A DNA stretch of 64,000 nucleotides. Source: Octopus bimaculoides. Lineage: Eukaryota. Below are positions 13,362-25,628 of this stretch, in pieces. Within the stretch, counting starts at the first letter, position 1. Every line of letters starts with the position of its first letter. The stretch covers positions 21,224,698-21,288,697 of the forward strand of contig NC_068988.1 of the NCBI RefSeq assembly GCF_001194135.2, in the 5' to 3' direction. The translations under genes and the position numbers were made by a program. The notes under the pieces were generated by a model. The model searched no databases. It saw only the letters and a list, made by a program, of their open reading frames with translations, and was not told where the DNA came from.

Positions 13362-14329
13362 TTCCTTGATGATCATGGCATAGCTGGAATGACATTTCCA
13401 ATCCATGTACTGCTTGTCAGTCAACATAGACATAACTTTTGCTTTGTTTCTTAAGGTATTACTATCACACTTTCTTCTTGAATGCCATGAAGGACATTGT
13501 TTCCAAGCATACTCTTGGACTTGGATGCAAATGAGACATCTATTTGCAGCATTGCTAAAAAATTTGGGAACTGGACATGCTCTTAAGAGATAGCAAATGA
13601 TTGCCAATGTTAAATGCATAATGGCACATAAAACTGTGGAGGCCCTGGGAAGGACATTGCAAGACTTGGGTTGACAATAGATGTCAAATGAGAGGAGTTG
13701 CAGTGGGATTGTGAGATCCTTCTAGTATTCTCCAAAGGCCAATTAAATCTGCAGTGGCTTTAAATCCTCATCACTTAGAACTGAAGTTAAAAATCTTCAG
13801 ACTGTCAAAAAAACACTTAAGTCAATCTTTTTAGGAAGCAGCAGTCTTTTTTTTGTTTAGATTTTTGTCAGAAATTTGTTAAAAGTTAGGGAGTGGAGAG
13901 TTCTTTCTGACTGTCATGGCTCCATCAATCCAACTCCTGTAAGTGCAGTGATTGAGACAGAAAACAAATTGATATGGAAGGTGTTCCTCAACTGGCGTGT
14001 CTGTTGCCTGATCTGAATGAGTGCATCAAGAGAGGATGCAGTCTACCCAGAATTCCACTCATATCAGCAGACTTTGAAAATATCACTTTGCAGAACACAT
14101 AAACATTGTCAATCAATAAATTTCAAGGGCATACATTGACATTTGCTGGACTGCATCTTGACGATTACTGCTTTCCTAGTTGCTTATTTTAAGTAGGCTG
14201 CTCAAGAGTTGGAGACCATAATCTGTTTGTGCTTGTTGGTAAATTGTAAAAAAAAATGCATTGTATATTCTGAGGAGCTGACATGACAATGTTTTGAGGT
14301 CTCAACACTATGATGGGGTACATGTCTAG
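13362..14329 (+). mobile_element. Helitron remnant (degenerate PIF1-like helicase and 3' end)
   Basis: Frameshifted motifs in the correct order: FLDDHGIAGMTF (cf. FLDAPGGTGKTF), MAHKTVEALGRTLQDL (13621), LPRIPLI, SINKFQGHTLTFAGLHL (14109), VGCSRVGD. Ends in CTAG|T at 14326-14330. Confidence 0.85.
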
Positions 14330-14636
14330 TAACATTTACGCTGGGACTCTTCATCACAATATGAGCATGGCTGTTGCCAGTACCGCCTGATGATCACAAT
14401 ATGTCTTGAAATTTTAGTGTTTGGATGTGTGGATTTCCTCTGAATGCTGTTTTCTGCATCACATAAGAATGATTTTATTTTTATGAGCTGATTTACTTTT
14501 CTTTACTTGTATTTCTACTTGGTGAGAGAATCCCATTGTTGACAGCAGGGGTGATAACTCTGCACTTTTTCCACCATATTCTTATTCTGATACCTATATT
14601 TTCAGAATACCCCTCCTTCATAGCTGATTAGGTAAT

Positions 14637-15023
14637 TGTTGTTGTTGGCACTCGTCGCTTACAACGTCGAGGGTTCCAGTTGATCCAATCAACGGAACAG
14701 CCTGCTCGTGAAATTAATGTGCAAGTGGCTGAGTCCTCCACAGACACATGTACCCTTAAGGTAGTTCTTGGGGATATCCAGCGTGACACAGTGAGACAAG
14801 GCTGGCCCTTTGAAATACAGGTACAACAGAAACAGGAAGAAAGAGTGAGAGAAAGTTGTGGTGAAAGAGTACAGCAGGGTTCGTCACCATCCCCTGCCGG
14901 AGCCTCGTGGAGCTTTAGGTGTTTTCGCTCAATAAACACTTACAACGCCCGGTCTGAGAATCGAAACCGCGATCCTATGACCGTGAGTCCGCTGCCTTAA
15001 CCACTGGGCCATTGCGCCTCCAC
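14637..15023 (-). mobile_element. tRNA-derived SINE, family A
   Basis: Reverse complement of the family A body; TSD ctgat(t/c)aggtaat. Confidence 0.92.
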
Positions 15024-15733
15024 TGATCAGGTAATATGTTACAGAGAAAAGAAAATGCTATATATTTACTATTCAAAGTACAGAATAGGATGAATAATTA
15101 AATTATAGTTGGCCAACCTATATCTTTGGGCTAGACAGGCTGAGATCAGTAGCATGTCTTATTGACACAATGTCCAGCACTCATGAAATACCCATGTGCT
15201 GTGTATTTAACAAAATTGACCTGCTTTCAGTTGGCTATATCTCTTTCCATCTACATCCACTTTCAATAACTTTCTCTGCTTTAAACCTCCTTTAATTTTT
15301 TGGCTTAGTGGTCACTGAGATCAAGATAATTCTTAGTTGACACTTAATTTCCCCACAACCATTATCACGACTGGTAACCACTCCTCACTCATATTTCTGG
15401 AGTAAATATTATCTTTTCCAACTTACTACATCATGTAAAATTTTGAGTTAATCATAGATTATCCTGTTCTGATTAGCCATTGCTTATAAATCTGCTGATA
15501 GTTAATAATTATATTAGTCAGCTGTGTTTGTGTTTCATTTGTAGGTGAGTAGGTTTTAATCTTGGTTAATCCAACACAAATGTCTATTTACTAGCTTATT
15601 TCTAATTGAGTTCATTAACATACACGTGTATGTGTGTATGCATGCATCTAGCTATCCTTTCGTACAAATGTACCTTGCTCTTGATCAAAGAAAAATTGTA
15701 TATTGTGAACCTAAACCATTGTTTACTATAATA

Positions 15734-17093
15734 TTAGGTTGGCAACTAAGTTCACGCGGTTTTTTTAAAATTTAAATTTTTTAAAAGGTTTAATAAAAAA
15801 TAACAACTAATTAATCAATAATGTATTCACCCTTGTTGTTTACAACTTCTTCTCAACGTTCAACAAGATTTTCAATACCTTGTTGGTAGAAATCACCCGA
15901 TTTCGACTCAGAAAATTGATCCAGCCAAGCTCTCAATTCTGCATCAGTATTGAATGAAACTCCGCGCATAACATTNNNNNNNNNNNNNNNNNNNNNNNNN
16001 NNNNNNNNNNNNNNNNNNNNNNNNNNNNNNNNNNNNNNNNNNNNNNNNNNNACATAACATTTGAAAGAGATCGAAAGAGGGGGAAATCCGTTAGTGCCAA
16101 ATCAGGAGAGTACGGCAGGTGTGGCAGCACTTCCCAGCCATGCGTTTAAATGGCTTCCTTGGTCATATTGGCGATATGAGGGTGGGCGTTGTTGTGCAGC
16201 AGAAGAACAACTCCATGCTGACGATTAGGTCTTTTCTCTTGAATAGCCATGTTGAGTTGTTCCATCTGTTGAACATAGAGTTCCTTGTTGACTGTTTGGT
16301 TCCGATCAAGCAATTTGTGATGGATGATCCCTTCCCAGTCCCATCATATGCACAACATTGTTTTACGCGGATGATGATCTTGTTTCACGCATGGTGTCGC
16401 TTGTTTACCGGGGCTAAGCCTTTCCTTACGCTGTTTCATATTGATGTACAGGCACCATTTTTCGTCGCCAGAAACGATTCGGTAAAGAAATCATTGCTTG
16501 TGTCCATGAGTTGAGCGGTAACGAGCAAGCAAACCAGCGGAGATTGTGGCTCGTTGATTTTTGTTGTTGTCACTTAAAGCATGCGGAGCCCATGCTCCAT
16601 ACTTCTGAACCTTTCCCATCGAGTGAAGATGCTTCTCTATATCAGTGTGGGAGCATTCCATTTTCTCTGCCAGTTCCCTTGTCGTCTGACAAGAATTTCC
16701 GTGCAAAAGTTGATTTAATTGCTCTTCATCGAACTCAACTTGACGGCCAGAATGAGGTGCGTCATGGAGGTCAGAATTTCCATTTTTGAACTTGGCATAC
16801 CAGTTACGAGCGGTTCTTTCAGCTATGGTACCCTCTTGGTACACATCACAAATGTTGTGAGCAAATTTTGCAGCCTTGGAACCTTGATTAAAAGCAAAAG
16901 GAATGTGTTGAAAATGCTCGTTTGTTTTAACTTGACATTCCATTTTAATGATCTGAAAATAAACAAAAATTAACTTAGAAAAAAAAATCAAAAAAACAAA
17001 ATAGATCCCCAAATGATTCAAAAATAGAATTCTCGAAAAAAAATAGATTCCAAAATTCAAAAAAAACTGCAGGAACTTAGTTACCAACCCCAA
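15734..17093 (-). mobile_element. Tc1/mariner DNA transposon, near full length
   Basis: TIRs ttaggttggcaactaagttc... and (reverse complement) ttggggttggtaactaagttc...; TA TSDs at 15732-15733 and 17094-17095. Confidence 0.95.
15811..16943 (-). pseudogene. Mariner (DD34D-type) transposase, inactivated
   Basis: MECQVKTNEHF...WAPHAL...GDEKW...YSPDLA...KGEYIID*. Three in-frame stops; the second catalytic Asp reads Asn (HNNAHPH); spans the N gap 15976-16051. Confidence 0.93.
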
Positions 17094-17456
17094 TATATTG
17101 CAAACATTCCTAAATGTTATTAGATAGAAACATGGCTGTGTGAAAAACTTTGCTTGACTACCCCATGGTTTTGGGTTAGGTCCCAGGACCCGGTGAGTAA
17201 AATTTGTAGATGAAAACTGTATTGAAGCACTCTTCAATGTGTGTGTGAGTGAATATTGTATACATTCATACACACAGATGACTAATATATAATATATATG
17301 TAATTGACGATGACTTCCTATATAATATTTTTATTCCAGGAAGTAACAAAGTGTCTAACTTTCATGAATAACTTTTTTAGTTTTTGAACTTCTGATCACC
17401 TCGTTACCTGTGTTTGTTTATTTGACTGCAACTTTTTTTGTTTTGTCTGTTTACAG

Positions 17457-17502
17457 AATTGCTGCATTGTCATTGACAGATTTTGAAAAGAATCTCAACA
17501 TG
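17457..17502 (+). CDS. nudE: nudE small internal exon
   Basis: ttacag| acceptor and ATG|gtaagt donor; phase 2 to 0; 46 nt. Encodes (R)IAALSLTDFEKNLNM (cf. ATIVSLEDFEQRLNQ). Confidence 0.92.
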
Positions 17503-18448
17503 GTAAGTTTTCAGTTTTCATTCTTTTGGTTAATGTGTGAACATGTAAGGAATATATGTTGTCACATCATGGGAGGATCACCTATGCCAATAATAAATGC
17601 ACACACACACAGGTTCAGTTTCACTTCTTTGCTATTTATTTGTCAATTGTTTTAACTTTTTAAGCAGTTAACTAATTGATTGATTAATTGTTTGGTCTAT
17701 CAATCAGTTAGATTTGTCAAAGTCCTTTTGTTGCTATTCACAACCTCCATCAGTGACATGCTCTCTCTCTACTCCTGGTCTGTTTGTGAGACCAACAGGA
17801 CTTTGACAAAACCCAGCTGATTGATTGACCAAACATTCAAGCGAAGTGAAATAAAACCAGTGTGTGTGTGTGTGTTTATTATTGGCATAACAAACCTCTT
17901 GAGATACAACAAAGTATGCTTCCAAATGCAAGTTTACATCAAGAATCTTGTAAACCAAATACAAAAGTGAAAGAGGTTTCATTAGGAATTATTCCATCTT
18001 GGTATAGTTTATGGTAATTATGGAAAATTGAAATTTTTAAGAATTACTGAAGCAGATTCTTAATAGTTACAAGCCTCTCCATGTAACCATGAAGTCAGAA
18101 AGATGATTTGGTTACTTGCATTGTTAAAAATGGAGCGACTGGATTTTGGCCAGTTGTCTGCTGCCATAAATATTCTTCCACCTATAACTCTAAAAAATTG
18201 AAGAGGCATTGGCACATGACGTTTGTTCATGTATCACTTGAAATTTTGAGTTCTTTTTTTTTTTTTTTTTTTTTTTTACTTGCTTTAGTCATTGGACTGT
18301 GGCCATGCTGGAGTGTCACCTTGAAAGTTTTAGTTGAAGAAATCAGCTCCAGTACCTATTTTTTTTAAAGTCTGGCACTTACTGTATTGAACTCTTTTGC
18401 TGAACTGTTAAGTTACAGGGACCTAAACAAACCAACACAGAGACACTC

Positions 18449-18484
<36 letters not shown>

Positions 18485-20071
18485 TTATTTATTTATATAT
18501 ATATATGTGTGTATGTGTGTGTATACTGTGGTTTATTTCTTTAATGAAAAACCCTTGAAGCCGATGCCTCAGTATGGCTGCAGTCTGATTTCATGAAACA
18601 AAAGCTGAAAGATAGATCCAAATTTGGCTGTTAAAGTGCTTTTATAACATTAATCCTTCTCTCCTGGAGTTTGTTGTTAATATAGCTCTCAGGTCAGCTA
18701 TGTCTAAACAGATGCAGGACTCAACACCTCCCAGAGTCAAACAGTCAAGCCATAATAATGCAGATATGGTGTCTGGTTTGTCACCTGTAACTGAACTTGA
18801 GTCTTTGTTTGGATATACTGGAATACAGACTGAAAAAATGGTATGAGCTAGGTGTCGAGAGATAGACAGATAGATAAATGGAGAGGGAGGAAGACTAAAA
18901 TTAGATGGGAAAAAGTGAGCGGTGGGTGAATAAGATCTCATGGTGCTTCACCTCGTAGATAAGATAACACAAAATTTTACTGTATTACAGGATTATTTGT
19001 GAAGGCACATGACCTAGTGCATAACATGTTGCACTCACAAATGTAAGATTATGGTTTCAGTACCCAGTCTAAGTAGCATGTTGTATTCTTGAAGAAAATG
19101 CTTCATTTCATGTTGCTCCAGTCGACCTTCATCATCATCATCATCATCATCATCCTTTAACATCTGTTTTCCATGCTGGCATGGGTTGGGCTGTTTGACC
19201 AGAACTGGTAAGCCTGGTGAGCTGTACAAGGTTCTAGTCTGATTTGGCTTGGTTTCTGCAGCTGGATACCCTTCCTAATGCCAGCCACTTTACAGTGTGT
19301 GCTGGGTACTTTTAATGTGGCACTGGCACAGCACTCCTGCAGGTCAGTCTTCTTTACCAGGGGATGTGGCCATAACACTTCAGCTGTAATTGAGTTCTAG
19401 CAACAGCTGGGAAGTTAACTGTGTGATGGACTGGTGTCCTGTTCAGAGGGTTATCTCAGTCACTTATACACCATAGAATCCCAGTTAGTCTCCCACTATG
19501 AGACCTTGGGCTCATGACAGACTTTACAGCATTAATTCGGGTGCTGGTGCCCTGTAAATAGCACTCAGTCCACTCTGTAAGGTGGTTGGCATTAGGAAGG
19601 GCATCCAACTGCAAAAAACATGACAGTGAAGCTTGGTGCAGTCTTCTAGCTTGCTAGCTCCTATTAAACCATCCAACCCATGCCAGCATGGAAAATAGAC
19701 ATTAAATGATGATGATAGTAATGATTTTAATTGTTGCTATAATCTCTTTGTTCTAAAATTTAAGCTTTAGAATATTCATTGAAAGGTAGTGGTTTGTTTT
19801 TTTGTTTTTTATATAAACAAGGATTGGTTGGCACACACCAAAATAATTGTTTTTTCTAGCTGCTATTCTTTAGTCTAGTGTAGACTGGGTCCAGTAATTC
19901 AGGGCAACAGTAGTACAACATAATATTTAGTCTGCTTCCTTTTGAGTAATTGGTCAATACTGAGTGTTTTCAGTCATCCTGACTCATCAGCTGTGATTTT
20001 GATGATGGAAATATATATATATATATTTGAGTGTTTTATATGTTATATACTAAAATGTTCTTTGTCTGAAG

Positions 20072-20162
20072 GCTTTGGAGAGAAATGTTTTCCTAGAGAA
20101 TGAACTCGATGGCAAAGAAATTCTCAGAGAATCTATTCAGAGATTAAAAGATGAAGCAAGAG
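20072..20162 (+). CDS. nudE: nudE internal exon, end of coiled coil
   Basis: gtctgaag| acceptor and AGAG|gtaaag donor; phase 0 to 1; 91 nt. Encodes [30 protein letters not shown] (cf. [30 protein letters not shown]). Confidence 0.95.
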
Positions 20163-20189
20163 GTAAAGATATTTTGCTGTTGTTGTTGT

Positions 20190-20370
20190 TACTACTACTA
20201 CTACTACCCACTACTACTACCACCACCACCACCACCACTACTACTACTACTACCACTACTACTACTACTACCACTACTACTACTACTACTACCACTACTA
20301 CTACCACCACCACTACCACTACCACTACTACTACTAATACTACCACCACCACCACCACCACCACTACTAC
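20190..20370. repeat. Mixed (CTA)/(CCA) trinucleotide microsatellite
   Basis: Directly visible; starts about 27 nt after the 20162 donor. Confidence 0.97.
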
Positions 20371-21203
20371 TTCAAACTGCCTGGTCATAAACATTTACTG
20401 TGTCTTGCATACATGTCTCTAATAAAAGTCATAATTAAGGCATTCTGAGAAAATAGCGTATTTAAAAATTTTGTGTTTGTCAATTAGAAGAGTTGCAGTT
20501 CTTTTCTGCAGTTTGCAGACAAATATTTTTGTCAAATGTCGGCAAGTATCAGCAACTAATCAACCAGATACCAGTGAACCTGAGCAACACAACCACAAAT
20601 TTTACTGTGGCAGCTGGCTGCAGCCCACCATTATTTGCAGCAGCACCTACAGGAAAGCTACTTCTTTGCAAGAGCTGCACTTAGAAAAGTGCCTAAGGTT
20701 TGGAAAGTGGTCAAAATGAACTTGAGGATGTGTTCAAAAAGAGGACAGAAAAGTAATCTTAACTGTGTCCCTGGAGGTAATGGGAAATGCTGAGCATTGC
20801 AACAATAAGATATTGTTGCATAGGTATGGAAAGTTATTGTAAAAAAAGACCTATATATGCCCAATTATTTGAAGGCAACATGGAAAAATTTACCTTTGTC
20901 AATTGTGAGCTATTCCATCTCCCTGGTTAAAAGTGAGACATTTTATCCTCATTCCATCTTATATGGGTTGCTGGATGACAAAGATGAGGGCTGTAGATGT
21001 GCAGTCAGAAACAAATGCCCAACCTGATTGAGCTAGCAAATGACACTTAGGTGAATAGAGAAAGCTCACATGCCACACATGTGCTGCTAGAAACCACATA
21101 AGACCATTCAGACACATTGAAGGGCAAAATCGACTTCAGCAGCAGCAACTACATTACTAACAATAGCAGCCGACATCTTGGAAACAATTGAATCTGTCAC
21201 TGC

Positions 21204-21234
<31 letters not shown>

Positions 21235-21949
21235 CTCTCAGCATCCATTTCTCTCCAGCATAAATTCATGATCTGTACAATCTATCTAGTTAGGATGCAT
21301 AAACAAGCATCAGGTTACTAAACCTGAATGCATTATTCCTACTGCATAAATCCTATTAGATTAGTGGCATTTGATGTTGGTGATCATTGACAAAGTGAAA
21401 ATAATTAGCAAAGAAGTTACGATGCAAAAAGAAAAAAATTACAGAGGTGGCTTCACCTTGAAATGAACTGAAATGAAACTATCTCTGAAATGTTGGTCAA
21501 TGGGGTGAACATAGGCATCATCTTCATTGTATATTACCAACTGAGCATCATATCTTGCTCTGGTTTTTATCTGGTCAAACTGGAGCATCTACTCTTTTGC
21601 CATTTGTTGGAAAAATACCCTTCTCTTGTCAGATGGACTCTTTGTGGCCAACATTGTCTTTGTAGAGAGCTCTGTAGGCCATAGTTGATGATATATAGAC
21701 AAATGTCGAGTTTGCAGTGTCTGCAGAAATTCCTGGTCAGTGAGCAAGAGTGGATTATATGGCAGAGGTGGGTCAATGATCTAAATGGAAAACTATTTAT
21801 GTTGTGCTTCTTCTCATGTTCTGAGTTCAAATGTTATTTATGAGAGATTAATTAAATCAACAATGTAGCTTTTCTCTATAAATTTGTCTCTTTATACCAT
21901 GAGTAGAGATCAGTATCTATATAGATATAAAAAATTTTTTTTTTAATAG

Positions 21950-22180
21950 ATTTACGAAATGAATTGAAAGTAAAAGGCATGAAATTTGGGACGGATATCC
22001 CTGAACATTCATCAACACCTGACCTCCCTAGTAGCAGTGGCGTAGAATGTGCATCAGTCACCTCAACACCCCCTTCTTCTTCAGAAAATAGTCGGACACC
22101 TTCAGCAATGTCTGACAACAGTGCAAATCCAAACAGTGCAGAAAACTCATCAACTACATCTACAGCAACAACAAACAAAG
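21950..22180 (+). CDS. nudE: nudE internal exon, Ser/Thr/Pro-rich linker
   Basis: ttttaatag| acceptor and AAAG|gtaagg donor; phase 1 to 1; 231 nt. Encodes (D)LRNELKVKGMKFGTDIPEHSSTPDLPSS...STTSTATTNK; the DLRNEL start matches DLRQELAV. Confidence 0.9.
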
Positions 22181-22679
22181 GTAAGGATCAATTCATATTT
22201 TTTTCCAAATCCTTTTCACACATGGACACAAATCAGCCTTGCATCTGGCCACTATTGGTTTGAGAAGTGCTGACATGCCATGTCTAATGTTTCTTCTGCT
22301 AAATACAGTCCTCTGAATCCATGTTATCCTACTTCTGTTATAGTTGTTGTTGCTAACATTATCTTGGTTCATATCTTGTCAGGGTTAACGTTACCTTCCA
22401 CCTTGTTTGGAGTTGGTGCTGGTACTCCTGTCTAACTTTCTCCTGTTCTAGCATCCCGTCTGCTAAATGCAGTCATCTTAAGTTACTCTGTTGTTGGTGT
22501 TGATTACATTCCGAGTTCATCTCCTGCTAGATTTAGTTCATTTTGACTTTCATCTCGTCTAAGCTTGATAAAATACGGACTTGTCATCCAATACTGGAGT
22601 CGATTCAATTGACTGTACCATTCCTTCTACAAATGGAGCCTTGTGCTACAAGTGACATGAAAAAAAAAATTGATGGTTG

Positions 22680-22900
22680 CTAAGGTGGTGAGCTGGCAGA
22701 ATCCTTAGCATGCTGGACAAAATGCTTAGCAGCATTTCATCCGTTTTTACTTTCTGAGTTCAAATTCCAGTGAGGTCAACTTTGCTTTTCATCCTTTTAG
22801 GGGTGATGAAATAAGTACCAGTTGAGCACTGGAGTTGTTGTAATCAACTATTTTCTTCTCCCCCCAATTTTCAGGTCTTGTACCCATAGCAGAAAGGAAT
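22680..22900 (+). mobile_element. MetaSINE-like element (family D)
   Basis: tRNA-like head plus central gccttt(c)atcctttcggggtcgataaaataagtaccag-type domain, resembling the Meta domain. Other copies at about 28470-28665(+), 31215-31455(-), 54660-54870(-), 55140-55330(+), 55340-55565(+), 55580-55760(-) and 56280-56620(+). Confidence 0.7.
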
Positions 22901-25225
22901 ATTATAGTTGTTCTTTTTAAAACATTTACTATTATTGATTTTAATTGTTATCAAACTGTTAGTTTTGGTTGATTAATTCATTCAGATTATTTTTGGTCTC
23001 CCTTTTCTGAAGGTAGTAGAAGTGATTTTGATTCATAAGTTCTGGTTGTTAATTCAAGTTCTTAAGACTTTCAAAAAAAAATTTAATATTGTCTAACTTC
23101 AAAACTTCTCTCTTAAAAAATTCTCTTCTACTGCTAGATATTTAAAAAATTGTGCTCGCCTCTATGAAGTAAGCTTCGACTCTGTCTTTAGCCATCCATA
23201 CTGAAGCAATGTTCTAATTGAGATGTTGTTTACAAAAGAAGTTTTAAACTGATGACAATACTATGATAGATTTAGCATCTTAGCTTCACAAACTCTGTGA
23301 TTTTAAGTTTTAATATGTCAGTTTCATATTTCACTTTTTTTAAAGAGAAGGTTACCAGTTCATTTATGTTCATGCTGTGATATTCGTCTAAACTAAAGCA
23401 CAAAGTTATACTTATATGTAGCTTTTTCTCATTTTAGTCCAGAGTAAAGAGATTGAAATAATGTGCTTTGGCACATGTAGGGGAAATTTGTAGCAAGAAG
23501 AGATTTTCAGGCAGTTAGAATGAAGTGTTTAATACAAGGTTTTGCAGGTGTAGTACTGTAGGGATGAAGAGAAGCAAGTGAATCTGGTGGGTTTGTGTGG
23601 GGTTGAACCCTTAGCTTGTTAGTTCATTGGAGCAAGAATTGCTGCAGTGTTGTTAGAAGAGACAGGGAGGAGAGAGAGAGCATGTTAGTGTAGTTGGTGT
23701 GTTGGGTGAAGCTTCAATAAAGCAATGACTTGGTCTTTGGATAGTTTGTTGAAATGAAAATTGTCTTTTAATGCTCTCATATCACGTAGAGGTCACAATC
23801 TTCTTCAAAATATTTCTTTTGGATGTTGTGAACTCTCACTCTCTAGTATGTGTTTAGAAAGTTATTTGATTTTATTAATTGTAGCTCTGCTGAAGCAGCC
23901 AGCTCATGGCTGTTTAAACTATTTCATAACTCCTAAATTAGTTGTTATTGCCTGCAGTGTGTTCACTCCTTTGTACTCCCCCCCCTCCTATCCCTTTTGT
24001 TGTTTTACTTTTGAAGTTGAGGACTTTACTAACAATTATTATAGCTTTATTTGTGTATTATTTTTTTATGCATGTTATTTTTTTTTGCTGTGCTTTCTCT
24101 GAAATATGATGTAAATATTCTATTCGCTAATTTCTGGTTGTCATTCTCATTTTCATTACAATAAATTTTTTTTTCTTAAGTCTCCCTACCCCATGACTGT
24201 TTATATTGGTGTTTTATGTTTGGGAAGGCTAACCACTTTGTTTCTTCACATCTTTGATGGGAAAGAACTTGAGAGAAGAGTGACTGTGTAATTATACACC
24301 ACCAGCAAAATAAAATAACTTCTGAGAAAGCTTCTTTGTGGAAAGCTTCTTTCTTGAACCTTTCACCCTTGTTGTGATTTTGTTCAGAGAATTGTATTTC
24401 TCTTAATTCATCAGTTGTTAGGGCATAGCAGTTTATAGTTTTATCTTTCAGTATTCAGTCCTGATACATTTTTTAAAGATATACCATGGTTTAGTCATAC
24501 GACTGAATTCACAGAAAATTTGGTCTTGTCTGGAATTTTATGGAATATCCTCCTCCTGCTGATGGAAACCAATGTTACGATAAAGTTGTAAATTCTTCTT
24601 CATTAGTAGAATTATATATGAAACTTTAATAAAGAGAATTAATGCAATAAAAGGTATTTGAGGTAGTGTGTGTGTGTGTGTGTGTGTGGCTTTCAATGTT
24701 CTTTTGCTAGTTATGTCCTAATCTTTGGTTTCATCTCGTTACCAAGAGACTCAATTAGCAAGAGATAATTTTACTTTTAAAATTCCTTTCCATTCTGGGA
24801 AGTGAAGTGTGTGTTAATGCTGTCATATGGGGAAAACAGCCTGCATTTTGTTTTTGCACCTCTTCCTCCACTCTATTTAATTTTGTTTTTGTATGTCTTG
24901 GGCAAATATTTAGCATTTCAAGAAAGGATCTTGTGACTCACATGTTCTGTGCTTGGGCAGCAGTTTTTGAAACTTATGCTTTCTTAGAAATGATGTAGTA
25001 GTGATAAAGAGTTTACAGATCCTCGTATGTTATTGTACTGGTGGAGAATTATGTATGCATATATACACGTACAAGGTGAAGGTGTGGCTGTATCGTTAAG
25101 CTTACTTCTCAACCCTGCAGTCTTTGCTTTAATCCCATTGTATGATACCAAGGGTAGGTGTCTTCTAGTATAGCTCCAGGCCAAACAATGCTTTGTGATA
25201 GAAACTTGGTTGACGGAAACTGAAA

Positions 25226-25268
<43 letters not shown>

Positions 25269-25269
25269 G

Positions 25270-25584
25270 AGTACTCTGTCGTTTATGACGATGAGGGTCC
25301 CAGTTGATACGATCAACGGAACAGCCTGCTTCATGAAATTAACGTGTAAGTGGCTGAGCACTCCACAGACATGTGTACCCTTCTCATAGCTCTCAGGGAG
25401 ATTCAGCGTGACACAGTGTGACAAGGCTGGCTCTTTGAAATACAGGTACTATTAATTTTTGCCAGCTGAGTGGACTGGAGCAACGTAAAATAAAGTGTCT
25501 TGCTCAAGGACACAACGCGTCACTGGGAATTGAACTCATGATTTTAGGATTGCGATCCGAATGCCTTAACCACTAAGCCACGTG

Positions 25585-25588
<4 letters not shown>
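25270..25588 (-). mobile_element. Chimeric tRNA-SINE: family A tail with a different head and middle
   Basis: Tail matches family A; the middle ttgtgtccttgagcaagacactttattttacgttgctccagtccactcagctg matches the 49990 family. Confidence 0.75.

Positions 25589-25628
<40 letters not shown>

Noticed and set aside
15967-16060. cataacatt repeated on both sides of the gap in the mariner ORF
   Set aside because: Probably a contig overlap: SLSNVM joins directly to NVMRGVSF, so the gap is likely spurious rather than an insertion.
20440-21229. GC-richer segment ending in an A run of about 24 nt (possible processed pseudogene)
   Set aside because: No TSD and no recognisable protein; may be a decayed LINE piece, but I cannot support a call.
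22283-22550. Codon-like periodic stretch (MSNVSSAKYSPLNP...)
   Set aside because: Interrupted by stops, no convincing splice sites or homology; likely a decayed repeat.
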